A DNA stretch of 64,000 bases from Prevotella sp. (GCA_031285625.1 JAITVV010000007.1:1-64000); one strand, 5' to 3'. Numbered from the stretch's first letter, positions 19,712 to 30,146 are shown. A program made the numbers and translations. The notes: generated by a model not told the origin, from the sequence alone.

Positions 19712-21076
19712 TCAGATCTGAGTGGTTCTTGGTTGTTCAGTCTCTTCTGATTCGTCTTTTTGAACCAAATCTTTTAATTGTACTACGACTATAGAAGTCT
19801 TATTTTTCTTCATCACTGTAAATTGATAATCTTCGGCTTCTAACTTATCGTGTGTATTGGGTATACGCCCGAATTTATCAATCAGGTAACCAGCCAGTGT
19901 ATCGTATTGTTTATCCTTATCAATGGGATGAGGTAATTCATCATTAATATCCGATATGGCAGCTGTAGCTATTACAGAGTATGTATCTTCTCCTGTTTGT
20001 TCTACAAAAGGTATTTCATTATCATATTCATCCTGGATCTCACCTACAAGTTCTTCAAGAATATCTTCCATTGAAATAACGCCTTCCACACCTCCGTATT
20101 CATTTAATACCATTGCTATCTGCTGATGTTTCACCTGAAATTCTTTCAGTAATTGACCAATACGTTTCGTTTCAGGGGTGAAAGAGACAGGTCGTATTAT
20201 CGAACGTATATTTACAGTTCCGTTTATACGCATCTTTTTCAAAATATCCTTAAGATGAACAATCCCAATAGTATTATCAATATTATCTTCATAGCACGGG
20301 ATTCGCGAGTATCCTTCTTCAATAACAAACTCTAACGTTTTTTCGTCGTAATCATTTACATCTATAGCCACCACCTGAGTACGGGGCACCATGATCTGAC
20401 GTGCTGTGCGTTCCGAAAAGTCAAATGCATTTTGTATAATATCAAATTCGGCGCTATCTACATTGCCACTCTCTTTAGCCTGATCGACCAAATAGCGTAA
20501 CTCATCACTACTATAGGCTTCCTGTTCAGAAACAGTATGTAACCCTACTAATTTCAAAACTAGGTTAGCAACTCCATTCAGCATCCAGATAAAGGGACGA
20601 CATACCCAATAGAAAGCATGTAACGGATAAGCTACAACCAATGTTGTTTGCTCTGAACGTTGGATAGCTAGTGATTTAGGCGCTAATTCTCCTAATACAA
20701 TGTGTAATGTGGTAATGAGGAAAAATGCAAGCCCTATACTTATAGCTTGAATGGTAATATTTATACCTAATATAGAAAATGACTGGAAGTTTACTCCGAT
20801 AAGTTCAAAAAATCCAATTACCATCTTTGATACTATAGGCTCTCCAATCCAACCTAAAGCTAAACTGGATATTGTAATACCAAACTGTGTAGCAGCCAGA
20901 TATGCATCTAAATGTGTAACAATATGTTTTGAAAGAATGGCAGTTTTACTCCCTGCCTGAGCTTTTAATTCGAGTTGAGAAGATCTTACTTTTACAATTG
21001 CGAACTCAGCCGCAACAAAAAAACCGTTTAGAAATACAAATAAAAGAGTAATAAAAATCGATATGACAATGTCCAT
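19712..21076 (-). CDS. CNNM/CorC (hemolysin-like) CBS-domain transporter
   Basis: NGFFVAAEFA, GELAPKS, CBS pair, EDILEELVGEIQDEYD, CorC domain. Confidence 0.93.
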   Translation of the reverse strand: MDIVISIFITLLFVFLNGFFVAAEFAIVKVRSSQLELKAQAGSKTAILSKHIVTHLDAYLAATQFGITISSLALGWIGEPIVSKMVIGFFELIGVNFQSFSILGINITIQAISIGLAFFLITTLHIVLGELAPKSLAIQRSEQTTLVVAYPLHAFYWVCRPFIWMLNGVANLVLKLVGLHTVSEQEAYSSDELRYLVDQAKESGNVDSAEFDIIQNAFDFSERTARQIMVPRTQVVAIDVNDYDEKTLEFVIEEGYSRIPCYEDNIDNTIGIVHLKDILKKMRINGTVNIRSIIRPVSFTPETKRIGQLLKEFQVKHQQIAMVLNEYGGVEGVISMEDILEELVGEIQDEYDNEIPFVEQTGEDTYSVIATAAISDINDELPHPIDKDKQYDTLAGYLIDKFGRIPNTHDKLEAEDYQFTVMKKNKTSIVVVQLKDLVQKDESEETEQPRTTQI

Positions 21077-21190
21077 ATTTTTATATGAATGATAATAGTT
21101 GCAAATATAATATAATTGTGCTTTCGTTTAACTAAACGAACCAATTCAATAATAATTTATATTATCATTTTAGGTTTAATTATCAAATAT

Positions 21191-21568
21191 TTATTTCAAA
21201 GGCAGTATCTCAATCCAATAATCATCCGGGTCATTGATAAAATAGAGGCCCATATCGTGATTCTCATAACATATGCAATCCATCTCTCTGTGAAATTCAC
21301 GGATCTGATCATAATCTCCTTCAACCCGTATACATAAATGGCTTTCATTTTCACCCAACTCGTATGCTTGAGTATGGTCTTTCAGCCATGTCAACTCAAG
21401 AGAGAATGGAGTGACACCATCACCCAAATACACAAGAATAAACGAACCATTGCTAGATTCTTTACGCCTTATCTCGTTTAAGCCCAAAGCTTTTTTATAA
21501 AAAGCTAGACTTTTATCTAAATCTGTCACATTAATATTGAAATGATCAAATCTTCCTTTAATTTCCAT
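21191..21568 (-). CDS. Lactoylglutathione lyase / VOC family
   Basis: DHFNINVTDLDKSLAFY, LELTW, YFINDPDDYWIEI. Confidence 0.9.
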   Translation of the reverse strand: MEIKGRFDHFNINVTDLDKSLAFYKKALGLNEIRRKESSNGSFILVYLGDGVTPFSLELTWLKDHTQAYELGENESHLCIRVEGDYDQIREFHREMDCICYENHDMGLYFINDPDDYWIEILPLK

Positions 21569-21718
21569 AATAAACTATATTATCTTTTATATTTCTTGAA
21601 GTACAAAGATAATAGGAAAAACAATATTTTGAATTTTGTATTCATATGAAAATATAAAACTTACTATATTCATAACCGCTCACCTTATTTCATTACCTGC
21701 AAACTTTTAATTAATTTA

Positions 21719-21749
21719 TTTGCTAAAAGATGAAAATCTATTATCTTTG
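21719..21749 (+). promoter_or_regulatory. tRNA promoter
   Basis: TTTG, 19 nt, TATCTTTG. Confidence 0.7.
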
Positions 21750-21773
21750 CACTCGCTAAAAAGCAAAAAGGAT

Positions 21774-21847
21774 GGTCCGGTAGCTCAGCTGGATAGAGCA
21801 ACAGCCTTCTAAGCTGTGGGTCGTGGGTTCGAATCCCGCTCGGATCA
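21774..21847 (+). tRNA. tRNA-Arg (anticodon TCT)
   Basis: Acceptor GGTCCGG/TCGGATC, D-arm AGCTCAGCTGGATAGAGC, loop CTTCTAA, T-arm GGTTCGAATCC; no encoded CCA. Confidence 0.96.
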
Positions 21848-21892
21848 CTTTAAGATCAGAAAATAAGTGACTTATTTCTGACAAAACAAGAC

Positions 21893-21928
21893 AAAACTCT
21901 CTAAGATAGATTCTTAGGGAGTTTTTTT
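21893..21928 (+). terminator. Terminator downstream of tRNA/att
   Basis: AAAACTCTCTAAGA-TAGAT-TCTTAGGGAGTTTT plus T run. Confidence 0.7.
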
Positions 21929-21981
21929 ATTCTCTCCCCAAGACATAATCAGTCATCAAAATGCCGATATTGGACAGTCAT

Positions 21982-22030
21982 TCGTTACGGAATCGTTACG
22001 GATTTCACGAAAGACAAAAACCGTAACGAT
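21982..22030. repeat. Putative integrase arm-type sites, left end
   Basis: TCGTTACGGA at 21982 and 21993, inverted CCGTAACGAT at 22021. Confidence 0.7.
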
Positions 22031-22129
22031 TTAGAATCTAAGTTTCTCATTTGTCGATTATTGGCAGTCGCTTGTCTCCCTGACTTCTAACAAATAAATC
22101 TAGTTTTGAACTCTTAAAAATTACGAGTT

Positions 22130-23368
22130 ATGAATGTTATGAAGTCAACTTTTCGTGTGTTGTTTTATCTGCGAAAAAATGAAGTAAACAAATCCGGTAA
22201 TTCTTCCATTATGGTCAGAATTACAGTAAATGGGGAGCAAGTGCAATTTAGCTCCAAGTTGCAAATCAAACCCGAACTCTGGGATACCAAGAATGGAAAA
22301 GCCGTTGGTAAGAGTGCAGGAGCGATGAATACCAATCGTCTATTGGAAGCCATTAGTGCAAAAGCAAATGAATTGTATCATAAGCACCTGAGCGAGTACG
22401 GCTATGTCCTGCCTGAAAAAATAAAGAATATTATTCTCGGTGTTGACTCTGATAGAAGGAAGATGCTGTTGGAGCATTTTACCGAACACAATGAGTTCTA
22501 TGTATTGAAGATTGGCAAGGACACCTCTCAAATAACTGCGAATCGTTATAAGCTGACCAAACTTCGTCTACAAGAATTTCTAAAAGCAGAATATAATCTA
22601 TCGGATATTCCTGTATTTGAATTGACCCCTGTATTTGTGGAGAAGTTCTTTTTGTTTCTTAGGAATACCCATAATTGCAGCAATAATACCGCCTTGAAGT
22701 TTATCCAACGATTCAGAGCCGTATTCTATTACATTAAAAATACCGGAGCAGATATTAAGATTAATCCTTTCGGGAGTTTCAAGTTTCGTACAACCAAAGT
22801 CGTTCGGGAAATACTTACCCAAGAGGAACTTGACATCATTTACAAGAAAGAGTTTCTGACCGAACGGTTGGGACAAGTTAGGGACATTTTTATTTTTATG
22901 TGCTATACCGGGCTTAGTTACATAGATGTAGCTCAACTGACAGAGGATAATATAAAGACAGCCTTTGACGGACATCAATGGGTAATGACTAAACGCCAAA
23001 AGACAAGTGTACCCTCTAATATCCGCCTACTTGAAATTCCATTAGCAATTATAGAGAAGTATAGAGGACAACAAGCTAATGGTAAATTATTCCCAATTTG
23101 TTCCAATCAAAAGATGAATGAATACTTGAAGGAAATCGGTATAATCTGTGGAATAAATAAGGTAATCACCTGCCATGTTGCACGTCATAGCTTCGGAACG
23201 ACCGTTACGCTCGCCAATGGAGTACCTATTGAAACAGTATCGAAAATGCTCGGACATACGGATATTCGGACTACTCAGATTTATGCCAAAATAGTCGATC
23301 AGAAGCTTAGTACAGATATGGATAGCTTGGCGAAAAACTACACAAGGCGAAAATACACTAATAAATAA
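22130..23368 (+). CDS. Tyrosine recombinase, Bacteroidetes IntDOT-like
   Basis: STFRVLFYLRK arm domain; TGLSYID (Ser for Arg I), HVARHS, LGH, TQIYA. Confidence 0.95.
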   Translation: MNVMKSTFRVLFYLRKNEVNKSGNSSIMVRITVNGEQVQFSSKLQIKPELWDTKNGKAVGKSAGAMNTNRLLEAISAKANELYHKHLSEYGYVLPEKIKNIILGVDSDRRKMLLEHFTEHNEFYVLKIGKDTSQITANRYKLTKLRLQEFLKAEYNLSDIPVFELTPVFVEKFFLFLRNTHNCSNNTALKFIQRFRAVFYYIKNTGADIKINPFGSFKFRTTKVVREILTQEELDIIYKKEFLTERLGQVRDIFIFMCYTGLSYIDVAQLTEDNIKTAFDGHQWVMTKRQKTSVPSNIRLLEIPLAIIEKYRGQQANGKLFPICSNQKMNEYLKEIGIICGINKVITCHVARHSFGTTVTLANGVPIETVSKMLGHTDIRTTQIYAKIVDQKLSTDMDSLAKNYTRRKYTNK

Positions 23369-23373
23369 GCTCT

Positions 23374-23793
23374 ATGGAAGCAGGATACATAAAATTCACA
23401 GACGTAGAAACTGATAAACCCATTATTGAAGTAAAAATCATTGATGGTACAGTTTGGATGACAGTAAATGAGATAGCTGATTTGTTCGGGGTATATACTC
23501 CGACAATCAGCAAGCACCTCAAAGCTATCTTTAAGGATAATTTATTGAGAGAAAATGATGTTACAAAGGAGTATAGATATACTCGAAATGAAAAAGAAGA
23601 ATGTATTCGCACCTATTACAATTTGGAAGCGATTATTTTTCTAAGTTTTCGCATTCAGTCTCTCTATACAAAAGCCTTTAGAGAATGGGTGCTTAATGCT
23701 TTTTGTGAATACAGCAAAGAGAATAAGAACCATGAGGTTATTGTGATATTTAATACGAGTACAAAAAAACACTCACTTAAAACCTTGAATTAG
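23374..23793 (+). CDS. RhuM N-terminal-like DNA-binding protein
   Basis: TVWMTVNEIADLFGV...ISKHLKAIF...YYNLEAII...FREW. Confidence 0.75.
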   Translation: MEAGYIKFTDVETDKPIIEVKIIDGTVWMTVNEIADLFGVYTPTISKHLKAIFKDNLLRENDVTKEYRYTRNEKEECIRTYYNLEAIIFLSFRIQSLYTKAFREWVLNAFCEYSKENKNHEVIVIFNTSTKKHSLKTLN

Positions 23794-23794
23794 T

Positions 23795-24308
23795 ATGGAA
23801 TTACAAGTAATACAGAATAAGATATTTGAAGTTCGGGGATGTCGTATAATGATTGATTTCCACTTGGCTGAATTGTATCAGGTTGAAACCAGAGCATTGA
23901 AACAAGCGGTCAGAAGAAATATCGAGCGATTTCATGTTTGAATTGACTAATGAAGAAGCTATTCAATTGATAAACATAGGGGTATCACAATCTGTGATAC
24001 CCTCCGGCTATAATATTGGAGCATCTAAAATATTCGCATTTTCTGAGCAGGGAGTATCTATGCTTTCATCTGTTTTGCGAAGTAAAACTGCTATAGACAT
24101 CAATATTTCGATTATGAGAGCCTTTGTCGCTCTTCGTCAATATGCTTTTGGATATGCCGAACTTAGTCAGAGATTGGAAACTTTTATGCTCGAAACAAAT
24201 ATGCAATTCAATGAGGTATATCAAGCATTGACAGAGTTAGCTAGCATCAAGGAACTGGAGGATAAACCACGAAAGAGAGTCGGATTTGTACAGGATAAGG
24301 AAGAATAG
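23795..24308 (+). pseudogene. ORF6N-domain DNA-binding protein, frameshifted near 23930
   Basis: ATG 23795 gives MELQVIQNKIFEVRG...LAELYQVETRALKQAVRRNIERF; the rest (FMFELT...AFSEQGVSMLSSVLRS) is in another frame. Confidence 0.85.
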
Positions 24309-24331
24309 TTTCCTAATTTACCTTTTATAAT

Positions 24332-24363
24332 AAGCCTTTTACATTCCAATGTAAGAGGCTTTT
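24332..24363 (+). terminator. Terminator after int-rhuM-ORF6N
   Basis: AAGCCTTTTACATT-CC-AATGTAAGAGGCTT plus T. Confidence 0.65.
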
Positions 24364-24582
24364 CTTATTTTTGTTCTTTAATCAAAAGAGAATAATGAAT
24401 CTAAGAAGTAAATTGCTGCAACGCTTGGAGATGGAAGATATTAACGAAATAACACTTCTGTATTTTTGAAACAAATAAGGGGATAAAAATGCCCCGATAT
24501 TATTTCTATCTTGTGACTCTTGCTAATATGATTAAAATTCATAGTAACTTAGAGTGACATATATCTATAATAAAAGAGTTTG

Positions 24583-27348
24583 ATGAATTGTCAGTTTGTA
24601 ATATACTTAAAAAACAAAGCATCACTAAAGTTTGAGTACAAAAGAGATGTTTCCACGGTTGTGCATACCGGCAATGGATATCGTATCACATTTAACAATG
24701 GAAAATCCTATAACTATGGAGCCGATAATGTGAACTACTATCCGCTTATATCAATGCGAGATAATGTGCGTATATATGAAAACGGCAAATTGAACAATAA
24801 ATACAATACTGTTTATAATTATAATCACTATTTGATTTTTGGAGATGAAGACAATTATTCTTATCCAATTGAAAACAACGCTGATATTGAAATATGTGAT
24901 ATAAAGAAAAATACTGCTCGGACAGAATCGGTTATCAATTACTTTAAAGAAATACTGAAAAATACAGGAGAAATTTTGTTTGATGTTCCTGCCGAAGAAA
25001 CAGAAAACAAGAATGTAAATAAAATAAGTTCCGAAATATTGCTCAAAGCCCTTGATAGCATAGATATATTAGAGTCGAGGTCGGTATTATCTAACTATAT
25101 TGACGGAACTAATCCTGCTGTCAAAAACTCTAAAGAAACCATTATATACCCATTCGGATGCAATGAAAGTCAAAAACTGGCGGTTGAAACGACTCTTAGA
25201 AATAGTATAAATATAGTAGAAGGTCCTCCGGGAACGGGCAAAACTCAAACGATCTTAAATATTATAGCCAATCTTATTGTGCAGAACAAAACTGTTGCAA
25301 TTGTATCAAATAATAACTCTGCAGTTTTCAATGTGCAAGAAAAGTTAGAAAAATATGGCTATGGAATGCTTGTGGCATCGCTCGGGAATAATGATAACAA
25401 AGCATCTTTTTTCGAAAACCTTGGAGAACAAACAATAAATAAAGATTTTAAGATATCGGCACAGAGATTAACTAATGCAAAGAATGAGATTGCTGAGTTG
25501 GATAGTATACTAACAACATGCTTTCAGTATAGAAATAAACTAGCTACCCTAAAAACAGAATTGGCAGATGCCAAAATAGAATTTGAACATATAAAAGCAG
25601 AACAGCCACTCGAACCAAATACAAAATATGTACTCGATAAGAAATTTCACCGTGATTGGAGTCTAGACAAAATTTTAAAATTGATCGGTTCATTATCAAA
25701 CGTTAGCATTAAATCTAAACTGTCTTTCATAAACAAATTACGCTTTGCTTTGCAATATGGCTTATTTGACTTTAAAATCATTAGCCAGTATAGTGAAGAG
25801 TTCCCTATTTATGCAAATCACAAATTCTATGAATTATACATCACAAAAATAGAAACTAAAATATTAGACATTGAAAATTGGTTGGTCTCTAATAATGAAG
25901 AAACCAATCTTAAGCATTTTACCGAAACATCCAAAGAAGTATTCAATGGCACACTATTCGAAAAATATAAACGATTAGGAAAATCTATGTTTTCACTTGA
26001 TGATTATCGTAATCAGTTTGATCGTTTTACAAAACACTATCCGGTTATACTAAGCTCTACTCTTTCGCTGCATACAAGTATTCCTAAAGGGTATCTTTTT
26101 GATTATCTGATTATAGATGAATCTTCACAGGTTGACATTATAAAATCTGCAGTATGTTTTTCGTGTTGCAGAAATGTAGTTATCGTAGGAGATAGTATGC
26201 AACTTAATCATATTGTAGACGAACAGAGCAAAGCTGCATCAGAATTATTTAAAACAAAGTACAACATCTCTCCTGCATATGATTATGTAGAACAGAATAT
26301 ATTAAACTCACTAAAAAGCTTGTATGGTAATAGTATAAAGACCGTTTTATTAAAAGAGCATTACAGATGTCATCCCACTATTATTGGATTCTGTAATAAG
26401 AAGTACTATAACAACAGTTTAGTTATTATGACTAATGGTAACAACCACCCGTTTAAAATCATTGAGACAAATATATCTGGCGGGAGAGACAACTACAACC
26501 AAAGACAGATAGATGAAACAGATTTCTACATTCGTCAAAATCATTCAGCAGACTATACTAAAGTCGGAGTTATTGCACCATATAGAAACCATGCAAATAT
26601 TCTACAAAAGCAACTTCCCGATGGTGCAGAAGCAGATACTATACATAAATTTCAAGGACGCGAAAAGGATGTAATCATATTCAATACCGTAAGAAATACA
26701 GTACAACCATTTATAGACAATCCCAATCTGATAAATGTAGCTGTATCAAGAGCTGTTAAAGAATTTATTGTAGTAAAACCTATATCAATGGAGCTTCCTC
26801 ACGGAACAAACATAGGCGATATGATACGCTATATATGTTATACTACCGACCCTAATGAGATAATTATTAAGGGTAGCATATGTTCTGTTTTTGACCTTTT
26901 ATACAAAGAATACAACAATGTTTTCACTTCATTCATTTCATCTAATAAGAACATAAAAGGTTCTGCCGCAGAAATTATAATTCACAAGCTGTTGAGTGAA
27001 AATATATTATTAAACAATTCCAAATTTTCATCTATTGATATGGCCAGAGAGTACAGGCTTAGAGATCTTATTCGAGATTTTAAGCCATTCTCTGAAAATG
27101 AGATTAAGTTCATAAATAGCAATTCAAGAATTGATTTTCTTTTGTATAACAAGATTGACAAAACTCCTGTACTTGCTATTGAGGTGGATGGTGTATCATT
27201 CCACAACAATGAACTGCAACATGAAAGAGACAAAAAGAAGAATAATATTTTAAAGATAATTGGACTGCCATTGCTTAGGCTATCGACAGATGGATACAAT
27301 GAGGAAACAAGGATTGTTGAAAGTTTAGAGTCTGCAATGAGACTATAG
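24583..27348 (+). CDS. SF1 (DNA2/NAM7-like) helicase fused to C-terminal DUF2726/Vsr-like nuclease domain
   Basis: GPPGTGKT, IIDESSQ, VGDSMQL, EHYRC, TIHKFQGRE, NVAVSRA; C-terminal IDFLL...AIEVDGVSFH...RDKKKN...LLRLST. Confidence 0.88.
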   Translation: MNCQFVIYLKNKASLKFEYKRDVSTVVHTGNGYRITFNNGKSYNYGADNVNYYPLISMRDNVRIYENGKLNNKYNTVYNYNHYLIFGDEDNYSYPIENNADIEICDIKKNTARTESVINYFKEILKNTGEILFDVPAEETENKNVNKISSEILLKALDSIDILESRSVLSNYIDGTNPAVKNSKETIIYPFGCNESQKLAVETTLRNSINIVEGPPGTGKTQTILNIIANLIVQNKTVAIVSNNNSAVFNVQEKLEKYGYGMLVASLGNNDNKASFFENLGEQTINKDFKISAQRLTNAKNEIAELDSILTTCFQYRNKLATLKTELADAKIEFEHIKAEQPLEPNTKYVLDKKFHRDWSLDKILKLIGSLSNVSIKSKLSFINKLRFALQYGLFDFKIISQYSEEFPIYANHKFYELYITKIETKILDIENWLVSNNEETNLKHFTETSKEVFNGTLFEKYKRLGKSMFSLDDYRNQFDRFTKHYPVILSSTLSLHTSIPKGYLFDYLIIDESSQVDIIKSAVCFSCCRNVVIVGDSMQLNHIVDEQSKAASELFKTKYNISPAYDYVEQNILNSLKSLYGNSIKTVLLKEHYRCHPTIIGFCNKKYYNNSLVIMTNGNNHPFKIIETNISGGRDNYNQRQIDETDFYIRQNHSADYTKVGVIAPYRNHANILQKQLPDGAEADTIHKFQGREKDVIIFNTVRNTVQPFIDNPNLINVAVSRAVKEFIVVKPISMELPHGTNIGDMIRYICYTTDPNEIIIKGSICSVFDLLYKEYNNVFTSFISSNKNIKGSAAEIIIHKLLSENILLNNSKFSSIDMAREYRLRDLIRDFKPFSENEIKFINSNSRIDFLLYNKIDKTPVLAIEVDGVSFHNNELQHERDKKKNNILKIIGLPLLRLSTDGYNEETRIVESLESAMRL

Positions 27349-27694
27349 GTTTGGTTGAAATACGTTCTCTCCTTTGTGATATTAATTTTTTAGAATACAA
27401 TTGGTAATTTCTTGAGAAGAGCTCCCTTTGTTTATTTTACAAAGACACTTTCTGATAGAATTTGTCTTTTATGTGATAGTTACGATAAACGTGCTATAAC
27501 TTATCCAAGAGCCACTTTCGCTCCCATTCTACTCACGATCAAGGAAGTCTTGGACTCAAAGCAGCAAGAGTACATCTAATTGTGTACACTTGCAAAGAAC
27601 TGATGTGAATCATTTTATTATCAACTATATTTTTAGATTTCTCCTTCCGTTTCTCTTATTATAACTACTCCACATTAGTATATGTCACCACTAC

Positions 27695-27870
27695 TCGGTC
27701 ATTTTGTTCATCGGGCAAAGGTATGAATAGGTTTTAGGACTGTATATTCCAGCCTAGTGGTTTTCTCTAAAATCTTCCTCTTTCCCTGTGGGCGAGCGTA
27801 TTTAGTAGAAAAAATATGCTTTCCTAAAATCTTATACCCTTTTGTTGCCCTTGAAACAAAAAACGACCGA
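27695..27870. promoter_or_regulatory. About 175-nt imperfect fold-back, Frpo/ssi-like single-strand promoter candidate
   Basis: Nested inverted repeats TCGGTC/GACCGA, GGGCAA/TTGCCC, TTTTAGGA/TCCTAAAA, TTTTCT/AGAAAA. Confidence 0.6.
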
Positions 27871-27885
27871 TCCGATAGATGACGC

Positions 27886-28170
27886 ATGAAAAAAAATGTC
27901 GCAGTTATGAGAAACGAAAAAGAAATATTGAAACAAAACTCCCTCACCTCCGGAATCATCATAAAATTGGGCTTGAGGGTCGCAGTTATTGCTCTTTGTG
28001 GGTACTTATTTTATCTGAATGGAATCTCTGTATTTGGTGTTGTTGGTGTGTATATACTTATCCGCAGTATTCTTAAAATCAGACGATTATCTATCAATGT
28101 TGTTTTTTCTCTTCTCTCTATTTTATTTCTGATAATAATAATCTCTCTTATTCTATTATTCATTTTCTAA
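27886..28170 (+). CDS. Small hydrophobic membrane protein
   Basis: 94-aa ORF with hydrophobic segments, first of three tightly spaced genes. Confidence 0.6.
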   Translation: MKKNVAVMRNEKEILKQNSLTSGIIIKLGLRVAVIALCGYLFYLNGISVFGVVGVYILIRSILKIRRLSINVVFSLLSILFLIIIISLILLFIF

Positions 28171-28181
28171 AACCTAAAATC

Positions 28182-28787
28182 ATGGAAAACAATTATAAGA
28201 ATCTCAATAAATACGAAAAATTAGCCGAAATACAAGATTTACGCCTTATGAAAAAAGAACGTTCATATGCAGCTAAGTATCTAAAAGCTTTATGGCAGAA
28301 CGATACAGCCATAATAACGGAATATGAGAGTTTTGGAAACTCTGCCCGACAACTATTAATGAACAGACGAGAATACGATCAGCATCTGTTATTTGGCTTT
28401 ACGGATATTGCATTCAATGAATACGGATGGTTGGAAAGACCTCAGTTCTTAGATGTCGAGCATTTCGAATTTCCACATCGGGACGGATGGGCGGTAAGTA
28501 ATCATATCACTATTGGTAGAGGTATTAATGGCAAATGGTCCTACGGGGCAAGTTATTCATGCAATACCAGTGGAGGTGGTTATGGTTTAGGCGTATGGGG
28601 CAAAATATTTGATGACAGAAAAAGTTGCTTAATATCTGCCTTACAAGAACTAATGGGTAAATTAAAGAAAGTAGACCAAGATAAATATACCGCTCGTGTA
28701 TTGAAGCAAGCAAAAGAGTTATTTGACACGGTTACAGGAAGAAAGGTTATACAGTTGGAATTATTTAAAACGGATAGATATGTATAG
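28182..28787 (+). CDS. Hypothetical protein (Bacteroidetes conjugative-element type)
   Basis: 201-aa ORF, A-rich initiation region, overlaps next start. Confidence 0.75.
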   Translation: MENNYKNLNKYEKLAEIQDLRLMKKERSYAAKYLKALWQNDTAIITEYESFGNSARQLLMNRREYDQHLLFGFTDIAFNEYGWLERPQFLDVEHFEFPHRDGWAVSNHITIGRGINGKWSYGASYSCNTSGGGYGLGVWGKIFDDRKSCLISALQELMGKLKKVDQDKYTARVLKQAKELFDTVTGRKVIQLELFKTDRYV

Positions 28788-28956
28788 GTTATATTTAGGA
28801 TTCAAACTATTAGGCAAATTTGATAGTATATTGGAAGCTAAACAGTTTGCAGAAAAAAGTGGATTGAGTGGGGCATTCAATCTGATTGGGGATAAGTATC
28901 GGGATGGTTGGTATGTGATGATATTTAGAGAACGTAATACTTCGAATCCTTTTTAG
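28780..28956 (+). CDS. Small hypothetical protein (58 aa)
   Basis: ATG 28780 overlaps upstream gene end; MYRLYLGFKLLGKFDSILEAKQFA. Confidence 0.65.
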   Translation: MYRLYLGFKLLGKFDSILEAKQFAEKSGLSGAFNLIGDKYRDGWYVMIFRERNTSNPF

Positions 28957-29876
28957 CGGGCCTGATATGGAGAAAAGAGGAAAAACCCATAGGGTGAACC
29001 TATATTCATATATCTCAATTTCGTAGCGATAATACAATTTTGTTTTATAATTATGAAATTAGTTTTTAAAATTTCTCAAATAACAAGCACCGTGTTTAAC
29101 TATTAATTTTCTTAATTTAGAATTAGGGCTTTCTGCTATACTAATCGGGAGCAATCATATCGGGATCACCTAGTTCTATTTGCTGCATTGATAGAAAAAT
29201 ACATATTTTTTAACAACTTACGACCGATAAAAATTAAATCACATTTTTCGGATTCTAAGAGTTCTTCCATTTGTTAAGTTTCTGTTAAAAGACCAACAAC
29301 TCCTGTTATTAAATCACTTTCTTGTTTGAAATGGATTATTTACGGTAGTGGCTAGGTGGGTATGCCATAGTATTCTTTAAAAATGTGAGAAAAATATGAG
29401 AAGTTTTCAAAGCCAATAGAAAAACATATTTCATTAGCAGGAAGAGATGTGATTCCAAGCATTTATTTTGCTTTATTCAAATCTGTATCTCTCTGATCCA
29501 CATAGCTAATTTTTCGTTGAAAATAAACAAAAAATCATGGTTAAGACCAGATTATTGAAATATGGTTTAGGGGAAGGGAATGAGCAAATGAGATGAGGCA
29601 GTTACTCATTGGATTAACAGTAGTCTTTATTTTTTCATCGGAACGAAGAACAGTAATTTCCGCTTTGGTCAAAAACTCTTTTAAGATATCGTCTTTTAGA
29701 CAAAACATCAAGCTGTCATATATAGTCATTTTCAGAGTTTCCTTTTTCCTCATATTTGATCAGCTGTTGGAAAAACTCCGATCTACTTAAACAACCAGGA
29801 GCGGATATGTTGATTATAAAACTCAAGACTTTGAAACGATTCCTCAAAGATTATATTTAGTCATTAATAGTCAAGC

Positions 29877-29996
29877 CTAGGAGATTTCTATCATACATTT
29901 CTTGAAATATGGGAACGTAAAGGAAGTCGCACTTTGTTTTTAGATAGATTGATTAAACTTCTTGAGGAAACAATGGACGGGTTGGACAATAAATAA
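29877..29996 (+). pseudogene. rteC: C-terminal remnant of an RteC-family regulator
   Basis: Translates LGDFYHTFLEIWERKGSRTLFLDRLIKLLEETMDGLDNK*, resembling the RteC C-terminus; no intact 5' part. Confidence 0.7.
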
Positions 29997-30123
29997 TAGG
30001 AGAATAAACTTTTACTAAAATATACTTGTGAAGAGATTTAGATTAGATAAATAATACCTATATTTGAACCTAGAAGTTAGGCAGATAGAGGTCTGCCAAC
30101 ACAAGACAAAAAGGCATCATTTT

Positions 30124-30146
30124 AATCGTTACGAATTCGTTACGGA
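30124..30146. repeat. Putative integrase arm-type sites, right end of unit 1
   Basis: TCGTTACG at 30126 and 30137, same motif as at 21982/21993. Confidence 0.7.

Noticed and set aside
19712-21076. Hemolysin as a toxin
   Set aside because: Architecture is a CNNM/CorC transporter; ordinary core gene
22900-22930. Ser replacing the first catalytic Arg as sign of a dead integrase
   Set aside because: Same substitution occurs in active IntDOT; other catalytic residues intact
29150-29170. GCAATCA-TATCG-GGATCACC resembles the att core
   Set aside because: No GTTAC tandem at the expected distance and no terminator hairpin; could be chance
29541-29790. Two short opposing ORFs (70 and 65 aa)
   Set aside because: No recognisable motif; lie in decayed DNA
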